A DNA stretch of 64,000 bases from Escherichia phage LF82-41: the sequence record PV660463; one strand, 5' to 3'. Below are positions 38,282 through 47,558 of this stretch, one piece after another. The position numbers and the translations under genes are program-made. Each line of letters begins with the position of its first letter. The first letter of the stretch is position 1. The notes under the pieces were generated by a model. That model was given only the letters and a program-made list of their open reading frames with translations, searched no databases and was not told the DNA's origin.

Positions 38282-38590
38282 TCAATTAGAAAATAAATTT
38301 ATCCAAGTTTTTTCTTTAATCAAAAATGGGTCAGAATTAAACGCCATTAAACTTTGAGTGATTAATCCCTTAAATGGCCCATCAATAAATTCCATTTTGA
38401 AATGCGGAATACTAGTCATCAACCGTGCATTAGGAGCAGTACAAAGAACCTGCTGCCCTGCGAACGGACCTTTAGTCAAACGGTATCGTTTAGGTTTAAA
38501 ATGGTAAATCTCGTAATTTTCTACAAGAGCCCTTTTATTGCATACTGGGCTGTTATAACAATACTCAAAAACTTCAATAGTGGTCATCAT
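38282..38590 (-). CDS. hypothetical protein (102 aa)
   Basis: ORF. Confidence 0.55.
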   Translation of the reverse strand: MMTTIEVFEYCYNSPVCNKRALVENYEIYHFKPKRYRLTKGPFAGQQVLCTAPNARLMTSIPHFKMEFIDGPFKGLITQSLMAFNSDPFLIKEKTWINLFSN

Positions 38591-39126
38591 TGCATTCCAA
38601 TCACAAAAAATTGAGGACGAGCATTACCGCCGATGCAATATTTGCTTTTGCAACAGTGTTGGACTGTTTTAATATGTACATTGTAAATCTTATCCATATC
38701 AGGAGCTTTAATAGGCTCGTCAATTATATACAGAATACGAGAAAGCGTTAATCCACGGAATTTAGAACCTTCATTGCCAATAAAACTACGAACAGAATCA
38801 GTAAATAAACGGAATCGAATATCGTCGCTAGAATAACGAGAAAATTCTTTTTTAATGTTGCCAGCAGAAATTTTAGAATAAGCTGAAGTATTAGAAAGAA
38901 CAATAACTGTTCCACCATCATACAGCCAATTAACAGCAAAATTAGTTACTGCGGTCGATTTACCTGATTGTCGGCCGCCGTCTAAACGAAGTGTACAGTA
39001 CTGCTTGAGTACGTCTTCAAACGGTGGGATATAACCGTTCTTACAAATTTCTTCTACTCTAGCATCAGAATGGTGTGTAAAAGCATTCATCAGGGATAGA
39101 TAAGGTCCAGTTAAAAATGTTCTCAT
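38587..39126 (-). CDS. P-loop NTPase-like protein
   Basis: 179 aa; GGRQSGKST Walker-A-like motif. Confidence 0.6.
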   Translation of the reverse strand: MRTFLTGPYLSLMNAFTHHSDARVEEICKNGYIPPFEDVLKQYCTLRLDGGRQSGKSTAVTNFAVNWLYDGGTVIVLSNTSAYSKISAGNIKKEFSRYSSDDIRFRLFTDSVRSFIGNEGSKFRGLTLSRILYIIDEPIKAPDMDKIYNVHIKTVQHCCKSKYCIGGNARPQFFVIGMQ

Positions 39127-39298
39127 TTAGTTTCTCTTAAGGTTGGGGCCATTCCATGGCACATGTTAGGTCCTTCGACTCGCTATGTAAACCCATTACC
39201 GCATTGCGCTCGACCTTATTACAGGTTGGAAAAGGTACATCACTCAGAGGACTCGACGTTCATGAGGAGAGGTTGCGTTTCCCTTTATTAGGCAAGAA

Positions 39299-39628
39299 TT
39301 ATACTCTAGGCTTTTGAGCTTGTTTGGTATTGGATTCCCATGTGGCTTTGGTAATTTTGTTAGCGGCATAACCAAAGGCATTAGATAGAACACCTTTAGA
39401 GTTGAATACATCCAATCCAATAAGTACACCGGCTGTGTTAAATTTAGGAGCAAAGTACGCATTAGTTTTAGAAAGAGCTTTTTTCAATTCAGGGTCTTGA
39501 ACCAAGCCATCAAAAACGCCTTTACTATTTACTTTATATGTTACTTTGGGATTTTTACCTTCTTCGATAGCAGCTTTCTGTTCCGCAGATAATGTAACTT
39601 CAGTGATAAACTCCTGATATGTTTTCAT
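39299..39628 (-). CDS. internal-protein-like (capsid-targeting leader MKTYQEFITE)
   Basis: 109 aa; N-terminal leader shared with T4 internal proteins. Confidence 0.7.
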   Translation of the reverse strand: MKTYQEFITEVTLSAEQKAAIEEGKNPKVTYKVNSKGVFDGLVQDPELKKALSKTNAYFAPKFNTAGVLIGLDVFNSKGVLSNAFGYAANKITKATWESNTKQAQKPRV

Positions 39629-39636
39629 TTTGTTCC

Positions 39637-40050
39637 TTAGTAAATTGATTTACCATAGTATTTGTACCAAGTCGGACGTTGAGCAATTTTTTCATCTAAG
39701 CGTGCTTGACTTATCGCAATGGACGCTTCGGACGGGACATAATTATTACGAAATTCGGCAGGGATGTCGGAAATATCCTGGACTGTCGTGTCCTTGATTT
39801 TGAAACCACGTTTCAAACATTCAGCGATTAGCTCGATTTGACGTAAACGTAAAAATTCGAGTTTGTCGTAAAAGAACGTTACGTGGCCTGTGCCTAAGAT
39901 AAATGTTGGAGAGATTTTAAAATCCTTTACACGTTTACCGTTTTGAACATGTTTACGGACTGCACCAAATACGCGTGGTAATTCACGATACTCAGCCATA
40001 AGATGTTGGTCGGACAGTTCAGAAACAAGTGTTAAATTGATACGAGTCAT
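39637..40050 (-). CDS. denV: endonuclease V (pyrimidine-dimer DNA glycosylase)
   Basis: [34 protein letters not shown]... matches T4 DenV. Confidence 0.93.
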   Translation of the reverse strand: MTRINLTLVSELSDQHLMAEYRELPRVFGAVRKHVQNGKRVKDFKISPTFILGTGHVTFFYDKLEFLRLRQIELIAECLKRGFKIKDTTVQDISDIPAEFRNNYVPSEASIAISQARLDEKIAQRPTWYKYYGKSIY

Positions 40051-40054
40051 AATT

Positions 40055-40109
40055 TCCTCCAAGTAGTTGATGAATGTATAGTATCAAATCCCTTGGAGGA
40101 AGTAAACAC
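40055..40109 (-). promoter_or_regulatory. early-promoter/stem-loop cassette (PeSL-like) upstream of denV
   Basis: tcctccaag...cttggagga inverted repeat; minus-strand GTTTAC -35. Confidence 0.5.
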
Positions 40110-40390
40110 TATTTTTCTGAAGCGCCTGAAATATATTTTTCAAGACGTTGTTTCATCAGCGAGCCGTTCTTAGCGATTTCTTCTGGTTTATCGCACATAC
40201 GCAACAAGGCTTCAAGCTTAGCGATATCGCTGGTACGTTCAAATTTGCGAGTATCTATCTTACTAGCAAGTTCAGAAATACGTGCTAATAGACTTTCAGC
40301 TTCAACCAAAGCTGCACCTAGCTTAGTTGCAAATGTGTCAGTAGCTTCGTTAAGAATAGATTCTGATAAAAATTCACTATATGTTTTCAT
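40109..40390 (-). CDS. internal-protein-like (leader [10 protein letters not shown])
   Basis: 93 aa from internal Met of ORF 40109..40405. Confidence 0.65.
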   Translation of the reverse strand: MKTYSEFLSESILNEATDTFATKLGAALVEAESLLARISELASKIDTRKFERTSDIAKLEALLRMCDKPEEIAKNGSLMKQRLEKYISGASEK

Positions 40391-40875
40391 ATATACGCTT
40401 TCCAAGTTCCTGTTTTAAATGTTGAGATTACGCGTTTCGCGCGATTAGGTGTCTGACGATACCATTTAGATTGAGCTAGATTTACTGCCGCTTCATCCCA
40501 ACGTTTCTGTTTAAGCATACGAAGAGAATTAGTAAAACCAGCGACGCCTGCTACACCCATTTGGAAGACCATATTGACCAATGCACACCGACGAACTGCA
40601 TCTAAAGAATCATATACCGGTTTAAGTTTAGCATTACCCAAGATTCCGCGGACGGCTTTATCAACGTCTTCATTAAATAGCTTTTCAGCCTCATCAAGGG
40701 TAATTGTACCGTTGCATTTACGACCGATCATTCTGTCAAGTTCAGCTTTAGCTACGGCTAAAGACGGGTTCTTTGTTACTAAATGGCCTATGCCAATCGT
40801 CCAAAAGCCTTCAGTGTCTTTGTATAAAGTCAGTCTAAGACCTTCGTCATTACGAAGCATTTCAAATATATTCAT
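40387..40875 (-). CDS. e: lysozyme (endolysin)
   Basis: [32 protein letters not shown]... matches T4 lysozyme. Confidence 0.95.
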   Translation of the reverse strand: MNIFEMLRNDEGLRLTLYKDTEGFWTIGIGHLVTKNPSLAVAKAELDRMIGRKCNGTITLDEAEKLFNEDVDKAVRGILGNAKLKPVYDSLDAVRRCALVNMVFQMGVAGVAGFTNSLRMLKQKRWDEAAVNLAQSKWYRQTPNRAKRVISTFKTGTWKAYI

Positions 40876-40903
40876 AATACCTCCCACGTTTATAGGAGGT
40901 ATT
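40876..40903 (-). promoter_or_regulatory. RBS-sequestering hairpin with embedded late-promoter-like TATAAA upstream of e
   Basis: aatacctcc cacgtttata ggaggtatt: SD GGAGGT of e pairs with upstream ACCTCC, as in T4. Confidence 0.55.
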
Positions 40904-40909
40904 TATTAC

Positions 40910-41368
40910 TTATAGGAGGGTAGTGAGCACCTTATATAATGATTTGCCCATTACATATTCCCATTGAGAAGGTTTAATTAAAGCGAATGCATCAAATTCA
41001 GGAATCTGTCGTCCGTTTGGGAATGTATGATAGGAATTGCAAACACTGTTTCTGAATTGCTCGTGCTCTACAGGGATGGTATATAGGAACAGATGAATAT
41101 TCTTATTGTCTGAGTAATTATGTTCACCTAGGTCTTTCAGGAAGGCAGGGTCATATTGTGTAAACCCAGTTTCTTCTTCGCATTCACGAATAGCGGCTTC
41201 AATAGGAGATTCACCAGGTTCGACACGGCCTTTAGGAATATCCCACCGATGAGCTAATGCACCTTTAGGACGAGAACCAGTTACACGACCCATGAATAAT
41301 TCTTTATCTTTTGTCATGAAGATAATACCGGCTGATAGTTCTTTCACTTTATTTTTCTTACTCATCAT
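40910..41368 (-). CDS. nudE: Nudix hydrolase
   Basis: Nudix box GRVEPGESPIEAAIRECEEETG. Confidence 0.85.
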   Translation of the reverse strand: MMSKKNKVKELSAGIIFMTKDKELFMGRVTGSRPKGALAHRWDIPKGRVEPGESPIEAAIRECEEETGFTQYDPAFLKDLGEHNYSDNKNIHLFLYTIPVEHEQFRNSVCNSYHTFPNGRQIPEFDAFALIKPSQWEYVMGKSLYKVLTTLL

Positions 41369-41609
41369 CTCGGTCCCATGATTTGGCCATCAATTCGGAC
41401 ATAAATTCTTCAATGCGCGTTTCTTTAGATGGACTTTCACTATTAGAGACCGCAAGTTTGTAATCTGCAATAGGACAGAACATATCAAGGCCCGTATTAA
41501 GATCGTCTTTGATTTTTTCTTCTGACACATCTTTATCATATGTGTACAGATAACTATCACATGATTCTGATTTAATGTAAATTGCTATACTCATCTCAAA
41601 TTCCTGCAT
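41358..41609 (-). CDS. hypothetical protein (83 aa)
   Basis: ORF. Confidence 0.5.
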   Translation of the reverse strand: MQEFEMSIAIYIKSESCDSYLYTYDKDVSEEKIKDDLNTGLDMFCPIADYKLAVSNSESPSKETRIEEFMSELMAKSWDRDDE

Positions 41610-42082
41610 TCGGTAATAAAACGTTCAACTTCATTATTCTTGGCCTTTATCTTGTCTTTACGTTCCTGTAAACTACTTTTAACAAGATTAATAATTATGC
41701 CTATAGTACCTCCACCAATAATACCACCAATAATACTTACGATAGTAGATGCTAATAATATAGCGATAATATCTGGTATGGCAAAGGCACTTACTTTAGT
41801 ACTAAAAAACCATACCGACGGTACAAATATAATCCATCCTGTTATCCATTGGCACTTATTGAAAAACTTTTCAAGCTCAACTTGAGTTGTTCGTATTACT
41901 TCATCGATAGGTTGATATCCATTAATGTATCTGTTCACGATAATACCTGCTGGCTGGTCGATTTTAAATTCTTGGCAAATACGTTTCACTAAGTAGGATG
42001 GACATCCTGTCCAATCCACTGAATAGTACGAAATACCTTCATTACCGTCGTCAATATTAGACCAATATGTTTTGTTAATCAT
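41591..42082 (-). CDS. membrane protein (163 aa)
   Basis: ORF with two hydrophobic segments including Gly/Ile-rich stretch. Confidence 0.6.
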   Translation of the reverse strand: MINKTYWSNIDDGNEGISYYSVDWTGCPSYLVKRICQEFKIDQPAGIIVNRYINGYQPIDEVIRTTQVELEKFFNKCQWITGWIIFVPSVWFFSTKVSAFAIPDIIAILLASTIVSIIGGIIGGGTIGIIINLVKSSLQERKDKIKAKNNEVERFITECRNLR

Positions 42083-42768
42083 TACCAGCCTTCCATAGGG
42101 AATTCCAGATAAACTTGGGCATTGACACGAATTTCATTGGTAATCTTTTTAACTCGGTCTGTATTACGAGATACACGTCCGAACCAACGCCATCCATTAC
42201 TAATTGCACGAGAACCAGTGTGCCATGTTTGCCAATCGAACTGAAGAAGAGTACGGTCTGGAGCTTCCCATTTCTCTAGTTCACCTTTTTCAATTTTTTC
42301 GAGGACTTCTTTGTGCCACTGGCGATAGATAAGTTCGCCATCAGGAATCTGACTGAACTCTGCAGTTCCTGTTGCAAAATGAGTAGGACACACATCAGCG
42401 TTAACAAGACCAAGAATATGTTCAGACAAATAGCGAGGATTGTCATAGTCAGGTTGTCCTGCAGTAATAAAATGTTGACCAACCGGAATATCCGGGCGTG
42501 GTACGTCATCATGGTGATAACCAGGAATAGCAGGGTACCAGCCAGGCATCAGCATGTGGACTCGTGAATCAAATACAACCTGGTCGGTGTTCCAATCATC
42601 CGGCAAGTTCATGATGAAGCTGCGAGTAATAGGACCGCCGTTATTATAAGCAAATTCTAAACTACAGTTGAAGAACATAGGCTCGTTCTTGATTTTATCA
42701 TTAGAAATACCGCCGGCAAAACCACCTACTGCACGAGCTTGACTATTAAACACTTTAGAACTATTCAT
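42082..42768 (-). CDS. hypothetical protein (228 aa)
   Basis: ORF. Confidence 0.65.
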   Translation of the reverse strand: MNSSKVFNSQARAVGGFAGGISNDKIKNEPMFFNCSLEFAYNNGGPITRSFIMNLPDDWNTDQVVFDSRVHMLMPGWYPAIPGYHHDDVPRPDIPVGQHFITAGQPDYDNPRYLSEHILGLVNADVCPTHFATGTAEFSQIPDGELIYRQWHKEVLEKIEKGELEKWEAPDRTLLQFDWQTWHTGSRAISNGWRWFGRVSRNTDRVKKITNEIRVNAQVYLEFPMEGW

Positions 42769-42769
42769 A

Positions 42770-43075
42770 TTATTTTCCTCGACATTCTTTAATGAAATTT
42801 TCTAGATTGGTAGATTCAATAGCTTTTTTACGAGCTTCTGCGTGTTCTTCTTCGGACAATTTACGTTTATAATTGACCCAGACATTATGGTCGAAACCAG
42901 TCGTGGCATATAATATCAAAGCTCCGACGAATAATAAAAACGGTGATAAAAATATACAACCAGGAACACCATCCATATCGTAAGCCTTTTGTAATACTGC
43001 AACAGAAAGAGCTGCGTAAAAAAGTGATACAAATATTGTTAAAAGACCAATTCGGTTGGTTTCTGTTAATTTCAT
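42770..43075 (-). CDS. small membrane protein (101 aa)
   Basis: ORF with two TM-like segments. Confidence 0.55.
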   Translation of the reverse strand: MKLTETNRIGLLTIFVSLFYAALSVAVLQKAYDMDGVPGCIFLSPFLLFVGALILYATTGFDHNVWVNYKRKLSEEEHAEARKKAIESTNLENFIKECRGK

Positions 43076-43091
43076 AATATTCTCCTCATGT

Positions 43092-43134
43092 TTTAATAGG
43101 ACTACTATAACATAGTCCTATCAGTTTGTACACT
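43092..43134 (-). promoter_or_regulatory. early-promoter/stem-loop cassette (PeSL-like)
   Basis: gataggactactataacatagtcctatc palindrome. Confidence 0.5.
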
Positions 43135-43352
43135 TATTTTGACATTTCTTCGATGTCACGACGATACCCATCACGAACTTCACGAAGAGCTTCAAGGCCA
43201 CACATAGGCTCGATACCAGTAATGTGAACTTGATTAATCTGATACTCTACATCTTCTAACTGAGCGAAAACATAACGACGTTCTGCTGCACAACCAGGTT
43301 TAGCTTTACCGAAACGTTTATTCAAAGTAGTCATTTTTATATCTCCATTCAC
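43134..43352 (-). CDS. hypothetical protein (72 aa)
   Basis: ORF. Confidence 0.5.
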   Translation of the reverse strand: MNGDIKMTTLNKRFGKAKPGCAAERRYVFAQLEDVEYQINQVHITGIEPMCGLEALREVRDGYRRDIEEMSK

Positions 43353-43359
43353 TCATTTG

Positions 43360-43403
43360 TTTTGATAGGTCTATAGTATCAACAACTACAGACCTTGTAA
43401 ACT
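43360..43403 (-). promoter_or_regulatory. early-promoter/stem-loop cassette (PeSL-like)
   Basis: ttgataggtctatagtatcaacaactacagaccttgtaaactg. Confidence 0.5.
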
Positions 43404-43414
43404 GTTTTGTGAAA

Positions 43415-44371
43415 TTATTTGAAAGGTTTTACCATATGAAAGTTTTGTTTAAAACGTTTTACATAATCGTCATGTCCTAAGCTTTGGTACATACTTACAA
43501 CTTTGCTGTAGTTTTCCCAAGCGTATTCACGGAACCAGCCTGACGTGATTGAAGTACAGACCTTTTCAAGAGCCATCATAAAACTATCACGTGGATGGAT
43601 TTCAAAGTTATTAGGAATCTGAGAACGTTCTAACGCTAGTACACATGATTCTTCGTATACGCCAGCCAATTTGACCATTTCCGGTAATGATTCGAACTTC
43701 TCGCGTGAGGTCATGACTTCAGAACCATCTTTCATATAAAATGTATACGCTGGACGGTCCGTTAGTGCAATGGCTTCGTGAATAGTATCATGGTCATACG
43801 TATAGATGTCATCTTTAAAGAATGCGCTTTTAGAAGTGTCAAGAACTGGGTGAGCATAGTTCAAGGTTTCTTTCTGGCGTTTCAGCATAATTTCATTAAG
43901 TTCATCGTTCAGTGTAACACCTTTACCACGAAGATACTGAATATGGTTCATAGTCTTTAAAAAGAATGGATTATTTTTCTTGAAACGATGGGACATCTTA
44001 ATTGCAAGGCACATCTCAGGAGTTGCCCAGTAAAACCCGTTCAAACGGTCTTTAGTCAAATTTTTCTTGGCGTATTTTAAAAGGTCATAAGAAGACGTGA
44101 AATCTTCAGGAGTGAGTTCACCGACTAATTCACGGACATTAGTGATTGCCGGAACAATATATGCTTCAAAATGAGTTTCGCGCCCATTATGGAAGCATTT
44201 GAAAACTTGGACATCAGGGTTATCTTGGTGAACATATACACCCATCATTTGATTTTTGAATGCATTCCAAGAACCTTGGTCCGCAATAAAGTCCCAATCA
44301 CTATTTTTAATAGCGCTAGAATCAATAAGACCGTGATAGTGAAGTGCACGAGAACCAATAACTAACATCAT
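43415..44371 (-). CDS. hypothetical protein (318 aa)
   Basis: ORF; weak NTase-like GS...DxD spacing at N-terminus. Confidence 0.7.
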   Translation of the reverse strand: MMLVIGSRALHYHGLIDSSAIKNSDWDFIADQGSWNAFKNQMMGVYVHQDNPDVQVFKCFHNGRETHFEAYIVPAITNVRELVGELTPEDFTSSYDLLKYAKKNLTKDRLNGFYWATPEMCLAIKMSHRFKKNNPFFLKTMNHIQYLRGKGVTLNDELNEIMLKRQKETLNYAHPVLDTSKSAFFKDDIYTYDHDTIHEAIALTDRPAYTFYMKDGSEVMTSREKFESLPEMVKLAGVYEESCVLALERSQIPNNFEIHPRDSFMMALEKVCTSITSGWFREYAWENYSKVVSMYQSLGHDDYVKRFKQNFHMVKPFK

Positions 44372-44399
44372 AATATTTTCCTCGGATTAATTCATTAAC

Positions 44400-44651
44400 T
44401 TAAATTTCACGACATGCGATATTATATTCATCCCAGAGGTCATCATGTGAAGCCTCTACCAATGGAACGATTGTACCGTTTATGTCTTCATTATAAGGGC
44501 AAATTGTACAGTGCGCATCTTCGAATCGGATGCCTTTGTGTTCAGATTTTTTATAACGCATATCGAATATCTTTGCAAACTTTTCACGAGTAATGGTTTT
44601 ACCAACCACTTTGGTTCCGATACTTTCGTAATAAATCATTGTGGACTCCAT
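44400..44651 (-). CDS. hypothetical protein (83 aa)
   Basis: ORF. Confidence 0.5.
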   Translation of the reverse strand: MESTMIYYESIGTKVVGKTITREKFAKIFDMRYKKSEHKGIRFEDAHCTICPYNEDINGTIVPLVEASHDDLWDEYNIACREI

Positions 44652-44654
44652 TTG

Positions 44655-44699
44655 TTTTGATAGGACTACTATAACATAGCCCTATCTTGTTGTAAACTG
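44655..44699 (-). promoter_or_regulatory. early-promoter/stem-loop cassette (PeSL-like)
   Basis: ttgataggactactataacatagccctatc...tgtaaactg. Confidence 0.5.
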
Positions 44700-44701
44700 T
44701 T

Positions 44702-44899
44702 TTAGCAAGAATAACTAGATGATACCCAGCCTTGAACAGTGATACTATTGTGGGATAATGAGATCGCGTCCTGGAGATTCAGACCTGCGTTATCTTCAAT
44801 CCATAATGTAACTTCTTCGCGTTCTTCTGTTGCAATTTGGAACAGGTTTTCTAGAGCAGCTACTGCGGTACGTACAGCACAATCTAATTCACGAGACAT
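44702..44899 (-). CDS. small protein, member of tandem family with C-terminal GWVSSSxxC
   Basis: 65 aa ending QGWVSSSYSC. Confidence 0.55.
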   Translation of the reverse strand: MSRELDCAVRTAVAALENLFQIATEEREEVTLWIEDNAGLNLQDAISLSHNSITVQGWVSSSYSC

Positions 44900-44908
44900 A
44901 TTGTTTCC

Positions 44909-45181
44909 TTAGCAAGTGTGAGAAGATGCGACCCAACCACCAGTTTCGAGGCTCAGGTTGTAGTCGTATTGGTAAACGTCAGCCCATTCGGCATAACCGT
45001 TTTTTGTACAACGTTCAAGATCGGCTTTAAGATGTCCGGGTGAATGATAGGTTCCACCCATACCATAAGCTGGGTACAAGTTGAATGTTGTGTTTTGTTT
45101 ATCAGCAATTTCTTTGGCAGCCTCAATAGCGGCATAGATTTTTGCTACAGCTTCAGCCAGTTCGGTTTGTTCTTTAGACAT
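44909..45181 (-). CDS. small protein, member of tandem family with C-terminal GWVASSxxC
   Basis: 90 aa ending GGWVASSHTC. Confidence 0.55.
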   Translation of the reverse strand: MSKEQTELAEAVAKIYAAIEAAKEIADKQNTTFNLYPAYGMGGTYHSPGHLKADLERCTKNGYAEWADVYQYDYNLSLETGGWVASSHTC

Positions 45182-45190
45182 AATGATTCC

Positions 45191-45496
45191 TTAGCACAAC
45201 GCAGAAGACGAAACCCAAGCACCTTCAGTAATAACGTATCCATTACCTTCACGCTTAACATCGCCGCCATTATTTTCAATTTCATCTTTCATCCACTGGG
45301 ATACGATTTCACCCTTAGGATAATAAGTACGACCGCTACCATAATCACCTACAGAAAATGATACGGCATATTGGTCTGCGATCTTTGTTGCTTCTTCTTC
45401 GATACGTTCAGCTTGATTTAGAAGTTTATAAATTGCATCTGAAGCGGATTTGGCATCATTAAATTCTGGTACTTTAATTTCAATAATCTTACTCAT
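45191..45496 (-). CDS. small protein, member of tandem family with C-terminal AWVSSSxxC
   Basis: 101 aa ending GAWVSSSALC. Confidence 0.55.
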   Translation of the reverse strand: MSKIIEIKVPEFNDAKSASDAIYKLLNQAERIEEEATKIADQYAVSFSVGDYGSGRTYYPKGEIVSQWMKDEIENNGGDVKREGNGYVITEGAWVSSSALC

Positions 45497-45594
45497 TTTC
45501 TACATTCCTTAATAAAGTTTTCGATTGTTTCATTTTCACGTCTAGCTAGGAGTTCATTATAACTAATCATTTGAGAAGCGTAAACAGCATAAAT

Positions 45595-46017
45595 TCAGTT
45601 CAGGCTTTTGCATCTTATTTCCTTAACGAATTCCATAGCTTCTTCATATTCATACTTTTTAACAGCTTCATCATACTGAGCTTGGGCTTTTGCGCACTGA
45701 ACTTTCCATTCTCTTAATCTGGCTCTGTGATGACGGCCTTGGTGCCAATATCCCACCCAATTAATAGGCATTAATAAAAACGGTACAATAAGTGGTGCGA
45801 CGAACATTAATGAAAATGCTGCATCAGACGATATAACTTCACTAGAATCTAAAACAGCTCCTATAATCATAAAGATTAAAAATGCTAAAGCTAAAATAGG
45901 GCCAAATAGTACTTCATTTGGGATTAATTTACGCTTGTATTCATACGCCCAGGGCTTACTTGGCATGTATAGGGTTGGCTTTGACATATTCTCTACATTC
46001 CATAATAAATTGCTCAA
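45595..46017 (-). CDS. membrane protein (start uncertain)
   Basis: 140 aa ORF with two hydrophobic segments; overlaps upstream ORF so true start probably internal. Confidence 0.5.
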   Translation of the reverse strand: MSNLLWNVENMSKPTLYMPSKPWAYEYKRKLIPNEVLFGPILALAFLIFMIIGAVLDSSEVISSDAAFSLMFVAPLIVPFLLMPINWVGYWHQGRHHRARLREWKVQCAKAQAQYDEAVKKYEYEEAMEFVKEIRCKSLN

Positions 46018-46558
46018 GGATTAAATTGTTAGTGAAATTAGGACTAACAACCATAGTTTCATAAAGCGCATCAATAGCACTTAAAGCATCAACTCTTTTA
46101 AGCAAAGGCTTGCCTTCATACATAGTTTCAGAATCGATGATTAACGTAAAGTAATATTTTTTATTATCGACTAGAACTTCTGTATCGATATAAAACATAT
46201 TAGACCTCAGAAGCTTATCTCTAAAACCATAATAATCTTCAGAGCGTTCGCTGATATATTCCCATTCAGTGTTTAAACAACAAACAGACCACGTAGGAGC
46301 AACGAAATCAGTGAATCTAATATCATGGTCTGCAACTAGTTTAGCAATAGCTCCGATATCATGAATCATAATACCTGGGGCTAATAAAGATTTTCTGCTA
46401 TGGCTAGCCGTTTTCTCGGTGGTCTCATAAGAAGACGACCAGTACCATTTACGTCCGGTTGCAACATATCGTAATGAATCAACTAAGGACGTAGGTGGAT
46501 TTACCTTATCTCGGAACTCTTCGAACATTGAGTCAATATCATTATTTTGGTTTCGCAT
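45956..46558 (-). CDS. hypothetical protein (about 200 aa)
   Basis: ORF 45956..46579. Confidence 0.6.
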   Translation of the reverse strand: MRNQNNDIDSMFEEFRDKVNPPTSLVDSLRYVATGRKWYWSSSYETTEKTASHSRKSLLAPGIMIHDIGAIAKLVADHDIRFTDFVAPTWSVCCLNTEWEYISERSEDYYGFRDKLLRSNMFYIDTEVLVDNKKYYFTLIIDSETMYEGKPLLKRVDALSAIDALYETMVVSPNFTNNLILEQFIMECREYVKANPIHAK

Positions 46559-46607
46559 GTTAACTCCTTTATTATCCAAAAGGAGGACCGGAGTCCTCCG
46601 TATTATT

Positions 46608-47201
46608 TTATTTCAAAGAGTTAATATATTCTTGTACATCAGCAGAAGTGGTTTCGACACCAGCTGGAGTGCCATTGAACGTTTCAACACGAGTCAGAGT
46701 GTCTTCGATATCAACCTTAGTCAGTGCAGCGATTTCAATTACATCGTCAGCGGTAGAGATACCAAGGGCATTGGCTGCTCGAGTTTCACGAATGTATTCG
46801 AGTTTGATTGCCAGGTTCTGACGAGCATCGTCAAGTTCAACCACCTTACGAGCAATTTCAATTCGCATAGCGGCATACCCGTCAGCTTTTGTATTAAGTT
46901 GTTCGGCAGTTCGACGATACAGAAGACCAAGCTTAGCATGCATGGTAACATCTTGTCCTTCAGCCAGGAGCTTACGAATTTCACGTTCCTTAGAAGCGGC
47001 TTGTTTGTTCTTTTCATTAACAAGTTCGCGAATACGTTTTTCTTCATTAATAGATTTAACAGAAGCCGTTTTTAGTTCTTTGATTTGGGTAATCAACTTA
47101 TCTGCAGCTGCGTTATACTGTTCTTCGACAGTCAGATTTTTAGCCATAGCAGTACCCAGTTTAGTGCGGATAAATTCAACAAGTTTCTTCAGTGTGTTCA
47201 T
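46608..47201 (-). CDS. coiled-coil protein (about 197 aa)
   Basis: ORF 46608..47216; highly helical Lys/Glu/Ala-rich. Confidence 0.6.
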   Translation of the reverse strand: MNTLKKLVEFIRTKLGTAMAKNLTVEEQYNAAADKLITQIKELKTASVKSINEEKRIRELVNEKNKQAASKEREIRKLLAEGQDVTMHAKLGLLYRRTAEQLNTKADGYAAMRIEIARKVVELDDARQNLAIKLEYIRETRAANALGISTADDVIEIAALTKVDIEDTLTRVETFNGTPAGVETTSADVQEYINSLK

Positions 47202-47226
47202 ATTATTACCTTTCAATTGGTGGTTT

Positions 47227-47272
47227 ATTATCCAATGAGAGCATTATACTCTGCTCTCAAGAGTTTGTAAAT
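47227..47272 (-). promoter_or_regulatory. early-promoter/stem-loop cassette; near-identical copy of 17341..17385
   Basis: ccaatgagagcattatactctgctctcaagagtttgtaa; minus strand TTTACA-17-TATAAT. Confidence 0.55.
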
Positions 47273-47499
47273 TATTTTTTAATCAAATTGACATAAAACT
47301 TGGCGTCTTCGGGGTGCATGCCTTCGCAGTATTCTTCAACCATGAAATTCTTAACAGCTTCATAAGGACCACTCAGATTAAGCTCAGTTGTCCAAAACTT
47401 GGAATCTTGGACTGAATCGATACGAACTTCAGGATGACGATTGCGAATAACTTCTTCGGTGTATTCATAATCAACGACATCAATACTAACTTTAGCCAT
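47272..47499 (-). CDS. hypothetical protein (75 aa)
   Basis: ORF. Confidence 0.5.
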   Translation of the reverse strand: MAKVSIDVVDYEYTEEVIRNRHPEVRIDSVQDSKFWTTELNLSGPYEAVKNFMVEEYCEGMHPEDAKFYVNLIKK

Positions 47500-47514
47500 T
47501 TTGTTTCTCCTCTT

Positions 47515-47558
47515 GATTTGATAGGTCTATAGTAACACCTTCCTTGGTGTTTGTACAT
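47515..47558 (-). promoter_or_regulatory. early-promoter/stem-loop cassette (PeSL-like)
   Basis: ttgataggtctatagtaacacc...gtttgtacatc. Confidence 0.5.

Noticed and set aside
46557-47270. Plus-strand ORFs 46557..47075, 46942..47238, 47085..47270 and minus ORF 46739..47047
   Set aside because: Overlap the minus-strand coiled-coil gene 46608..47201 and upstream genes; the whole region is transcribed from the minus strand with promoters and RBSs on that strand.
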